DNA of 61,442 nucleotides, filler included. It is 11 parts of 11 records of this genome, joined end to end, with 100 filler letters (N's around TTAATTAATTAA, not from the genome) between each part and the next. Parts side by side here need not be neighbours in the genome. Positions count along the whole stretch, not along the records: positions 9,093 to 13,765 come from SRR7504441_16064; positions 13,866 to 20,205 come from SRR7504441_16086; 9 more parts are not named here. One strand, given 5' to 3'. The notes beneath the pieces were generated by a model that saw only the letters and a program-made list of their open reading frames with translations, was not told the DNA's origin and did not search any database. The position numbers and the translations under genes were made by a program. Shown here piece by piece: positions 9,417 to 20,305 of the stretch. The number at the start of each line of letters is the position of its first letter. Within the stretch, counting starts at the first letter, position 1.

Positions 9417-12133
9417 ATGTCTAGCGAGACTGTGGGCGCGGGCTGGCTGATTGCTCGGCGCACGCTGGCCCACTGGACCCGAGCCAAGCTGGCGAAGTTC
9501 AACGACGAGCATCTTGGAGACGGCGGCTGGGACCAGGCTTCCGACGACGCGCTCCGATTGGTGCGCCCCGCCGGATCCGATGGGTTCGGAGGCGAGCGCG
9601 GCGGGCAGGCGGCGTCGTCGGTGATCGAGGCGCACATAGAGCTGAGTTCCAAGGCGGAGGCGGACAAGAAGCACAAAGAGCTTGTGGACAAGCTGGTTAG
9701 TATGAACGCCACCCTCATCGAGGTGATCCTGTGTATTATAATCGAGCTGATCCTGTGCATTAGATAATGAGCCGGCACCCGACCCACCCGCCGGCCCCTG
9801 TGGTGCCCGCGCCACTGCCCACCGTGCCGGCAGTCCTGCCGGCTGCGGGTGCACCAGCGGAGCCCTCCGGCGAGTCCCCGCCGGCGCAGCAAGCAGCTTC
9901 CACCCATTCGGCTCCCCCACCGACCACCGGGAAAAGACCCAAGGTGGTACGCGCGCCTGTCATCTTCAGCTACCAGAGCGGCCAAGTGGACTTCCTCAAG
10001 CAGCTGCGCAAGTGGCTCAACGACCACGGGATCGCCACTGTGGATGGCACTCAGGTTCCCGCCGGGATGGATTGGAGGATATTCTACTTTTCAGCGCTCA
10101 AAAAGGCGCACATCCTGCTCCCGGTGCTCTCGGAGTCGTTTATGTTTTCGCGAGCGTGCGAGTCGGAGCTGACTTACGGGATTGATAAGGGCAAGTCAGT
10201 AATTCCCATCTTATGTGATCCAAAGTACATGGCTGTGCTCTCGGAGCCGGAAAACTATGTGCACATCGACGAGGACATTGAACTGCGCGCCCCAAAAATA
10301 GATATGTTCCTCTCCACCCGAAATCGGTACCCGGCGAATGGTAAATTTGAAGACAACTTTGAGGAGAACGCTCAGGCGCTGCTTGTTCGCATAAAACTAG
10401 AGCTGCAGAGCGCCAAGGCTGACGACTCTAGGAGCGAGGCGCACGGGGAGGGCAAGCTACCCTGGCAGCTAGCCGCTGGGGCCACCGACATTGATAAGAT
10501 GGTCGCCTGCCTCAAGTCAAACTCTGACAGCGCCACTGCGCTTGGAACTCTCAAGGCGCTGCAGCTGCGGCTGTTCGAGCTCGACAAACCGGACGAGAAA
10601 GGCTGCGAGACAGCCATTCTAGCTCAGCCGGCCGAGATCTTGTCTCAGCTGGTGGGCAGCGAGCGGGAAGAGATCCAAGTGATTGCGAGCGACTGCATTA
10701 AGACACTCGCGATGGTCGGGAGTTGGTTTGGACCGGGCTTGCACGAGTTCAGGCAGGCAGCGACAGACGCGAATGTTGTGCCGCGACTGCTAGCGATGAT
10801 GGTTCCTGAATTTTCCAAGGATGCCAAGCACGTGGCAATGATGGCACTCAATTACGTCACGCGCGTGAAGAGCGCTAAACTCTTGGTGGCAAAAAGCTCC
10901 GGGATCCAGAAGCTGATTGCCATGGTTGACGATCCTGATAATACATCGCACTGCAAGGCAGTGGCGCTGGCGATCCTGTGGAACGAGGTGTATGAGCCCG
11001 AGCACAAGGACATCATGATTGAGAGCGGCATAATTGACACTATTGTTCGATACATTCACAACCCGAAGTCAATCGAGGAGGGCCAGAAAAGCTGCTACTT
11101 CATCATGAGCCACCTATCGTACAAGTATCCAGAGCAGGTGAACGATAGCGGGATCGTCGAGTTCGCCCTCGAGGTGATTGGTCAGACGAGCTCGCCTCTA
11201 CCCACCACGTCGCTGCAGACTCTGGAAGGCGCGTGTCGACTGATGGACACGATCGCCGGTAACAGCCAGACGAGGCACACGCTCCCCGCCAAGGGTGCTA
11301 TGCCAATCCTGTTGCATGCGCTCGATCTGAGCACCAACCAATCAGGCGGCTTTAGTGGCTTTAGCAAAGCTTCCATGACGGTCGATGCTAAATCTTCCAT
11401 GACCAATCAGCCGAAAGACGCCTTCAAGATGCGGGCTGCCAATGCATTGAACCACATGGCCAAGGCGCTGCCGGAGGCCGAGCAGGCGGTGTCAGACTAC
11501 CTCGAGCGACTCATTCGCGACCACCGGATAGACGCTTCCGCGCTGGTCTGGTTGTGTGTTCAGCCGACGATTCGAGGATTGATCCTGCGGCGCAGCTCGT
11601 TGATTGAAATGTTCCGCAGTCAAGTTAAGGACAGGATCACGTACGACTTAGCTATCCTGCTGATTGCAATGACAAAATCTGCCGAGAGCTTGGACGAACT
11701 CATTTACACTCAGATAAATGTTCCAGCCGATAGATTACACCCAGCAGGCCCAGCGACGATAGGGGACTTTGTTCTCTCGGTGTTCAGCTGTTCAGGCCAG
11801 GTGCTCTGTGTGAGGTGGGCAATTCTGTGCCAGAGCGTGCGTATAGTCCAGGAGGCCTTGCTCAGTACAACCGGCCAGAGTCGTATTGAGACCAAATTTT
11901 GCCGGAAGTTTGTGACGTGTCTGATAGAGTGGCTGCAAGGCGGGCATCCGTACAAGTTCGACGGGTTAAACACAATCAAAGTGTTGATCAGGAACCGGCA
12001 GCTGCTGGCCCTAGCAGCCGAACTTTTGCAAAGGCAGCCACATAAGCTGTCTGCAGCCACGCAAGAAGCGTTGAAGAGTGGTGCGACAGCAGAGATTGTG
12101 GCTACAGCATGCGAGGAGCTAAGTAGACAATAA
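9417..12133 (+). CDS. TIR_2-domain + armadillo-repeat protein
   Basis: TIR motifs VIFSY..., LLPVLSESFMFSRACESEL, VIPI; ARM-like helices downstream (VVPRLLAMM, GIQKLIAMV, GAMPILLHAL). Intron 9723-9763 joins ORFs 9417..9767 and 9767..12133 in frame. Confidence 0.8.
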
Positions 12134-12322
12134 TAGCCTACATGTAATATTGATATGATGATTGTGACACTTGTCATTGTTCAGTCATTGTTGCACTAAT
12201 ACTCAATAAATACTTACAAGTTAAACCAACGAGTGTCGACGGCTTGTATTTTATGTTTCAGATGCCAAGTGCGCTTTCAAACAACTACCTTGCTGGCAAT
12301 AAAAGTAATGCTCTATACAATC

Positions 12323-13680
12323 TTATCGGCCAAGCGCGCGCCTGCACTCGTCCCGCCGTTGCGCGGCCTTGCTGTAGGTCGAATCAAGCGCCACCGCCGC
12401 CTCAAAGTCGGCAAGCGCCGCCTCCAGCCGCGCCTCGCCTTGCTTCATTCGGGCAGTCCCACGGTTGCAAAACAACGGCGCGCACCGCTCTTGGCTCGCC
12501 TCCACGCCCTGCGCGTACGCCTGCTCGGCCCCCACCGTGTCCCCCGCCTTAAACAGCTGGTTCCCCCGCTCGCGCATGCTCGAGGCCGTCTTGAGCGCCG
12601 CCTGCCCCGCCTCCGGCCGGTAGCCACAGGGCCCAGACCTCCATGAGCTCGGCTCGATCACCCATCGCCTCCCACTGGCCCTCGACCAGCATCACCCCTC
12701 CGCTCCGGCGAGCCGCCTTCCCCGCCAGATGGGTCGCGTCGATTGCGGCCAGCAACTCGCCTGCCGCCCCTGCTGCCCCCCCCCCCCCCCCCCCCCCCCT
12801 TAGAGCCCCAGCCACCGTGGCGTCGGAGGTCTCCCCCGTCGGATGGAACAAAACCGTCGGCCGGCCAAAGTAAAGAGCGACAAAGTTGGCTCCGCCGTGT
12901 GCCGCCACAAAGCACGCGCTGTGGGCCATCAGCCGCAGCTGGACCTGCATCTCAGTTAGCTTTCGGTTGGGCCAAGCTTAGCTTGCCTCCTGGTACGGCA
13001 CCGGTGGCCGCTGGGAGGAGAGGCTCTCGAAGACCGCTCCACCGTGCAGCATTTTGCTATGACTCAGCCCGCCACCCGACGCCTCTGCGGGGCTCAGCCG
13101 GTCCACGAGCAGAGTCTGGGCCTGCCGGCCGCGCCGCTTGGCGTTTAGGTCCACTCTGCGGGCCACAGCCCTCAGCTCGTCCTGCCGTCAGTCAGCGGTG
13201 CAACAGATAAAGAGGCTTTTTGCCTTGGATAGCGCGGTGTAGCTGTTGAACGGTGAGGGCACGTTGGCTACCATCACTCGGACGGCCTTGCGCGCCGGCT
13301 TGAAGAACTTGCGCGATAGCACGTGCGATTCGAGCAGCGGCGGCATGGCCAGGTAGTGCGCCCGTAGAGCAGGCCCTGCCAGCAGAGCTCAGAGGGCTAT
13401 TATTAATTAATATTCGGATTATTATTAATATTCTAATAATGGAAACCTGGCGGGATCCAAGCCTCCTCAGGGTGCCCGTTGGCAAAGTGATCGAACCCGG
13501 GCGCCCCCTGACCGTCCGTTATAATGTCCGTTGGCTTCCGTTGGCACCTGCGCGTGCCCGGGCTTGCGTGTGCAGTTGACGCGGTCCTGTCGCTCCGGTC
13601 AGCGCTGGCAGCCGGCGCGCACCTCGTGCTGAGGCGAGAACCAGTACAGGCTTCGGGTGGTGCCGCAGCCCTGCGGCCGC
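12323..13680 (-). CDS. Putative glycosyltransferase-like domain + poly-Gly + C-terminal TPR (5' end unresolved)
   Basis: Spliced peptide TRSLYWFSPQHE...WIPPGPALRAHY...QLRLMAHSACFVAAHGGANFVALYFG; TPR RERGNQLFKAG...LFCNRG...ALADFEAAVALDSTYSKA. GC-AG introns 13182-13223 and 12945-12986. Confidence 0.55.
12776..12799. repeat. 24-nt C homopolymer within coding sequence
   Basis: Seen directly; encodes a Gly run on the minus strand. Confidence 0.9.
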
Positions 13681-13765
13681 ACGGTCACCGCCAGCCAGAG
13701 GCTTTGGGCGGGTTGAGAGCGACTTTGGAAGTCTCAGAGAGAAGATTAGTTATTAACGCTCGTCT

Positions 13766-13865
13766 NNNNNNNNNNNNNNNNNNNNNNNNNNNNNNNNNNN
13801 NNNNNNNNNTTAATTAATTAANNNNNNNNNNNNNNNNNNNNNNNNNNNNNNNNNNNNNNNNNNNN
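13766..13865. other. Artificial contig spacer
   Basis: 44 N + TTAATTAATTAA + 44 N. Confidence 0.97.
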
Positions 13866-13869
13866 GTGG

Positions 13870-14901
13870 ATGGCGCCGCGAGCAGAGAGACCGCCACTGC
13901 GCACTGCTCTCACGCTCCTGACCCTTGTGCTGCCCACTGTGACCGCGCCGGTGCCCCGGCTTCGTTTAGCCAACGGGGTCGCCATGCCGCAGATGCTGTT
14001 CGGCACGCCGTCCTGCGGCGCTCCTAACCCAGACCAGGCGTGCGTCAACGCAACGCGGGATGCCGTCGCCGCGGCGCTGCGCTGCGGGTTCCCAGGTGTA
14101 GACAGCGCGCATCATTACGGGAACCAGCTCGGCGTGGCGGCGGCCCTCGCCAAATCCAGATCGACGGCAGCGTGGGTGACTTCAAAAGTTGAGGCTTGCA
14201 ACACCTCGTTTGTCCGGCCGGGCCACTGTGACGTTGACACCCGCTCTCGCTTCATGGACGATCTGCTTCAGCTGAATGCGTCGTCGGTAGATTTGATGCT
14301 GCTGCACGCGCCCACATCTACCAGCGGCGGCAGCCAGGTCTATCCCGGACCAGAGTTTGGATCGGCTTCTTGCAACTGCTCGGAGGCCCGAGCCTGCACA
14401 GCGATGCAGCAGCAGTGGGCTGCGATGGAAGATTTGTACAAGGCCGGCAAGGCGCGAGCAATCGGCGTTTCCAACTACTGTGTTGCGTGCTTGGACTGCC
14501 TAGCAAAGACTTCAACCGTGCAGCCGATGGTCAACCAGATCCGGCTGCACGTAGGCATGGACGTCTTTGTCCGCCCCGACCCTGTTGTGGCAGCCTGCCG
14601 GGCGCGTGGAATTGTGCTGCAAGCATACAGTCCGCTGGGGAGCGGTAGCAGCGCCGTGCTGAAGAGCAACCTCACGCGTGCCATAGGAGCAGCCCATGGG
14701 GTCTCCTCCGCACAAGTTGCGCTGCGGTGGCTGGCGGCACATGGCGTGGCGATCGTTACTAGGACCACCGCGGAACAAGTGCAGTACATGCGGGAGGACC
14801 TCTCCACCTGGAATTGGACGCTCAAAGCCGACGAGATGCCGGCATTAGATGCAGCCACCTTCGCCAACCAGAGTTCCGTCAAGACGATGTGCCTGGCATA
14901 G
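13870..14901 (+). CDS. Aldo-keto reductase with signal-peptide-like N-terminus, intronless
   Basis: GVDSAHHYGNQ, WVTSKV, VDLMLLHAP (D/Y/K/H tetrad), KARAIGVSNY, NQI, QAYSPLG, SAQVALRW. Confidence 0.9.
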   Translation: MAPRAERPPLRTALTLLTLVLPTVTAPVPRLRLANGVAMPQMLFGTPSCGAPNPDQACVNATRDAVAAALRCGFPGVDSAHHYGNQLGVAAALAKSRSTAAWVTSKVEACNTSFVRPGHCDVDTRSRFMDDLLQLNASSVDLMLLHAPTSTSGGSQVYPGPEFGSASCNCSEARACTAMQQQWAAMEDLYKAGKARAIGVSNYCVACLDCLAKTSTVQPMVNQIRLHVGMDVFVRPDPVVAACRARGIVLQAYSPLGSGSSAVLKSNLTRAIGAAHGVSSAQVALRWLAAHGVAIVTRTTAEQVQYMREDLSTWNWTLKADEMPALDAATFANQSSVKTMCLA

Positions 14902-15179
14902 CCTTTAATCAATATGCTCTCTTAATCAATATGCCTCGCATAGCCTTTAATTACTCGGGGTCCTGCGGCACCATGATGTGCTTGCTCGACGCTCGCAGAG
15001 CGGACCTGCGCATGTAGCATCGCAGTGCTGAGCATCTCAGAGACATGCTGCGTAGTCTCTTCCGTCAATTGCTTGCTCAATCGACTCCTGCTGCTCGTGC
15101 TGCTCCCTCCCTGCTCTGGTGTCCTTTCGAGTGGCGACCAACGGACGGCGAGGTTTCTCGGCAACCAGGGAAGGTGCCC

Positions 15180-18100
15180 ATGAACCACTGGGCGCAAGCC
15201 ACCGACCCCCAGGGGAACACCTACTTCTACAACACAGAGACCGGGGCCACTAGGTGTGCCAGCCGGGCGTGCCGGTCTTAGCCCTGCCGGTCAGCTGGAC
15301 CAAGCCGGAGGAGCCAGCCGAGCCGAGCCATGAGAGCGGGCTGCCGCCGGGCTGGGAGCAGGGGATGGACCCGACCTCAGGCCTGCCGTACTACATCGAC
15401 CACAACACGCACACCACCCACTGGGAGAAGCCTGCGCCCGCCGCCGTCTACACAGAGACGCAGCTCGACCGGATGGACTCGGACGAGCAGATGCGGCTGG
15501 CGCTCCAGGCCTCAGTAGCGGTGAGCCGGCGGGCACCAGCAGCCAGCTCAGCTGGCCGGGGGGCAGGCCGATACGGCCGCCCCGGAGGTGACCAGACCTC
15601 GGGCAGCCAGCAGCTCGGCGATGGTGAGCAAGGTGACGCCTGTGTGGGCAGCCCTGAGCCGCGGTGTCCAGAACGAGTTGCTGGAGCAGCTGCAAATGCT
15701 ACAGGTCGGCCGGGCGCCGGTGCCGGCTTGACGTATCACTGCAGATAGACGACGAAGACGTGGCCGAGGCAGCTGTTCGCAAGGTGCGCTGCAACACCAG
15801 CACAGCAGTGACGGCCCGAAACTGGCAGGTGGCCCAAATGTGCAATGTGGATGCAAACCGGATACTGCTCCGCGGCGCTGGGGGGATTGAGCTGCTGTGC
15901 AATTCGCTCAGCTCGAACAGCACTACAATCCAAGGCAAGTCGCTGCACTCGTGCCACTGACCCGCGGGCGAGCAGGCCAGGCGTTGCGGGCTCTGGCGAA
16001 TGTAGCCGAGGATCGAGAATACCATCTTGGTATCCAGCAAGGTATAGTGTGGGATGGCGTCAGCTGTTGAGCGCTGGTGCAGCCGGAGGGATCGCACTCC
16101 TGGGACCCCTGCTGTGCAGCACCGATCCGTACGTGACTGAGCAAGCAGCACGCCTAGCAGCCGGTGAGCTGAGGCACTCATTCATGCCCGGCTAGCCTCT
16201 GGGTTAGGCGCGTTGCAATCCAAGGCCATCAGCGAAGCGCTGACAGGCCCGGAGATATTTGTCAGTTTACTCAGGGTGAGCTTACTGCCAGTGTTTGCCG
16301 CTCTAACTCAAAGTGCTGGCAGCTGCACAGCTCCACAACTGGGTCAACTGCTGAGTGGGCTTCGTTGGCGACACAACGGGCCATGCTCTCCAGTGAGGCT
16401 GTTGCAACCCAGCTGGCCAGCTCAGGTGCCAGCGGCCTCTTTCTGAGTCCAATCATTGCTGACTTGTTGAGCCAGGCGCTCTTCCTCTCCTGCTGGCAGC
16501 CATCAACAAACACCTTGGTGATGCCGACTCGATATCGCCACTAGTATCCCTTGTGCTCCGGCACGCAAATTCAGCACCTCAGCAGCCCCCTGTTGATCTC
16601 TCACCATATCTTGGACTACTTGGGAAAGCGAATGCTCAGAATCCTCTTGTGAGCATCATGCAGTGTCTGAGAGCTTTATTGAGCAATTCGAGCATTGCCC
16701 CCTACTTTTCGCAATCAGATGACGTTACTGTGTCTACACTCGTGTCTGCAGGAATGTCCGATGGTGCCGCTCGCAGCCCTGTCGAAATGGTTGAGCTACT
16801 TCAATTCCTCGGCACACTGACAGTCGTCACCCCCACATCAGTACATGCGATGGCTGCTGATCCGAGTGTCACTCAGTTTATTCTGACTGCGCTGCGCTCA
16901 AATGTTCCTGAGGCCACGTCGGCTGCTATAATCCTCATCAAAGGTATTGGTGTTGTGTCTGATGAAGCATGCAGTCAGCTGCTGAACATGGGCGTCTTGC
17001 CACTTTTGTCTGGCCCTCTGGAGGCGGCTCAAGCTGGAAGTGCAGAGCAGGTTGAATTAGCTGTGAGGGCATTGGAAAGCATTTGTGTGCTGATTCAGAA
17101 AGATTGCAGCAAGCTGCGCGTGTTCCTAGAGTCTGCCCAAGCGAGAATGGTGCCACCTCTCCTGCTCAAAGCCGACGATGTCGACGTGGAGAGCCTCAAA
17201 CGTTCAATTACAGCAATGGCCCAGATTGACGAGGTCATTACTCTTGCGGCAATGCTGAATGCTCATCTGGCAGCAGCAATTGTGACGCTGCTTCGTTCAA
17301 CAATGTCCACTACACAGAAGCAGCTTGCAGCGCTGAGCCTTGCTCAGCTCTTTGCGCATCAACTTGAGTTTGCGCAACGGATTGTTGACGCTGACGGAAT
17401 AGCAGCAATGTTGGAACTTCTGAAGTTGAACAACAAGCAGCTGACCGGTGCAGCCCTGCTTGTGATTCATAAAATGCTCTGGCTGCCTCATGCACGGACC
17501 TGCCTTCGGAGTGCAAGCGGGCATGCTATCCTTATCGCTCAACTGTCTCAAAACCAGGAAGCTCTTGGTGTGGTCGCACAGCTAGTACATCATGGCGATG
17601 AGGTTGACCTGTCCAGTTTGCTCAAAGCCAACAATGCCCAGCTGGTACCAGCACTCTTTGCCTACCTGTCCTCTGACAACCCCACCAGCGTTCAAGAGGC
17701 AAGCACTACTTTGACTGCACTTGCCAGTGCCGGTGATTTGTCAGTTTGTTTGGAGGGACTGCAAGTGCCACTTCAGGGTCTCACTGACGGTCTGTTCAAC
17801 CCAACTCCAAGCATCCAGCTTGCCTCTGCCAAATGTCTGGCAGCAATGCCTCTCGATGCTCATGTAGATAATCTGGTCCAAATGGGAACCCTTCAGGGAT
17901 TGATGCAGATGGTCCAATCGTCAGACACTGCCCTGCAGCGATCAGCACTCACAGTGTTGGAGAAACTTTCTCGACTGGCTGACGGTTGTAAGGCCATGGT
18001 CAGTGCCGCTGCGGTGCCTGACATTGCCAAACTGCTTCAGTCACCGCACGCCTTATTGGCTGCTGTAATGTTGCGCCGTTTGGTATCTGATGCCGAGCTT

Positions 18101-20110
18101 GGTGTGGCTGCAGTATTGAAAGGATTCCTTAGCGAATTGGAGGCTATGGTGAGCTTCCTTTGCTAGCTCGGTTGATGCGCAAAGGCTAACTGCGTATTTC
18201 TTGCAGATAGTGCAAAACGCGAATGGCTCCTCGGCTCCTGCAGTCATGTGTGTGGCTGCTATGTTTGTTGAAGGGGTTTTGAGTATCGAGCAATTCATTC
18301 AGAGCCAAGCAGTGATGCTGCTTCATGAGGCGCTCAAGATTCCAATCAACAACCAAGAGATTGAGCGTTCTGACAATTTGCTAGCAGCACAGGCAATGGA
18401 GATTCTTTGTGCTTCAGATGAATCTCAACTCAATGCGCTTGCTGCTCACGAAAATGCTGCCCGAGCGTCAGTGCATGCTGTCCTAGCAATGATGTACTCT
18501 CCCGCTACTTCAATTAGCTCAAGGGGTTTCCAATGCTGTGTAGCCATCACGTTAAACGATGCACTCAGGGCGGTGTGTGCCTGCTAATTGTGTGTGTCAC
18601 CCCCCTGACCTGCTGCTGACCTGACTCTGCCTTTGCCCAGATTCTGCTTGCTACATTGCAAGGTAACCAAAGCTGTGAGCTTTTGATCAAGCGATTGATC
18701 GAAACGCTTGATATCCGTGAACGAGCCAATGATGCCGATTGGGACGATCAAGCCCAGGCACAATCTGACACCGCGCTGGACCTGCTCCGCTCACTGTCAT
18801 CTGAGTCATGCATGCTACAGGCTTTGTGTGAGAATAGTGTCAGCGTGGTAGCCCTTTCTGCCCATCTCGCATCAGCTCGTGATGGGCAGCCAAGGGCTCA
18901 GGCAGCAATGGTGGTGCTGCACGCATTAGCCACGTCAGGTAATGAGCAGATATGGATTACCAACATTGATGGCACTATTACTCAACTGGTCTGTGATGCT
19001 CTAGCTGCTGATGTCAACCTTCAGCACGGTGCAATCGCTGTGCTGTGTTGTTTGGCACGCCACCACAGCGTAGCGCGAACTGTTGCCAACAGCAGTGCAG
19101 TTACAAACCTGGTTTCTGCTTTGGCTGGGACTGCAGGGGAATCCTGTCAGCAAGATGCATTTGTGCTTCTTAAGGAGCTGTCATCTGAAGTAGAGGTTGC
19201 ATTGCAGCTGACACAAAATAATGAAGCAATTCAGGCGCTGGTAGCAAGAGCGCCTGTCGATTTGACACCAGGAGATGTTGCCCCTGCTGAGAGTACAATC
19301 AGCATACTAGCCAATTTGACATCCCAGTGTGAGCCGCTGCGTGAATCTGTAATATCAGCTGGTGTGCTCGATCCAGTGATCAGAGCGTTGGGGCACTCAC
19401 CTGGGCTTGATGAATCTTCATTGCGACTCCTCTCAAACTTGCTCAGAAATGATCAGCATGCAAAATTGATTGTAGATGCTGCTGCTGCACCCAAAATGGC
19501 GACAGCGCTGACTCACAAGTCGCCCAAAGTCCAAGCTTTGGCAATCATAGCTGTCAGCCACCTTTCGATCCATAGCTGTGCTCGAGATGCATTGAGTGCT
19601 TGTGGCGTTGTCCAAGCACTAGTAGGGGTGCTGTCAAGCCACACGGAGAGGGGTGCATTAGGCCAGTTCCAGGCGTTATGGGCACTGCACAACCTTTGCA
19701 TTGACCTGACAAATTCCAATGCATTCTTTGAGGCTGGAGGATGTTCTGTGTTGGAGCAGCTACTAGAGTCTAAGACAGTTGCTGGAGGGGTCGACTCCCT
19801 ATATAAGTTGCATTCCCACTGTGCGGCGTTTGTTGCCTCTTTGTCTATGCAGTCTTGCACAAAGAGTTTACAAGTGGAGCTTAGCTCCGAAAGGTTGCTC
19901 CAGGCATTGAGGAACCTGATGCAATCAACAAACGCGAGTGTTGCATTGAATGCGACAACTGCTTTGCACAACATAGCATCAGATCCACACGCAAGATCAC
20001 AGCTCAAAGCACTAGGGGTCATGAATATTGCACAAAATCTCGTGGGCTCACAAGACGTCATCTTGTCTCAAACCGCGAAACGTCTTTGTAGAACGTTAGG
20101 GTTAGCTTGA
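15180..20110 (+). CDS. Large WW-WW-UIM-armadillo repeat protein, multi-exon
   Basis: WW1 WAQATDPQGNTYFYNTETGATSWTKP (across a 41-nt intron); WW2 LPPGWEQGMDPTSGLPYYIDHNTHTTHWEKP; UIM-like SDEQMRLALQAS; long ARM exons (ORFs 16553..18166, 18201..18587, 18656..20110). Confidence 0.75.
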
Positions 20111-20205
20111 AATAAATCAAAAATTAGATACGTAAAACTTACACAAAGGTCATGTGGGCCTTTGGGCTCCGACTTTTTTTTTGAATCGAGAGGACACTTT
20201 AATCG

Positions 20206-20305
20206 NNNNNNNNNNNNNNNNNNNNNNNNNNNNNNNNNNNNNNNNNNNNTTAATTAATTAANNNNNNNNNNNNNNNNNNNNNNNNNNNNNNNNNNNNNNN
20301 NNNNN
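20206..20305. other. Artificial contig spacer
   Basis: 44 N + TTAATTAATTAA + 44 N. Confidence 0.97.
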
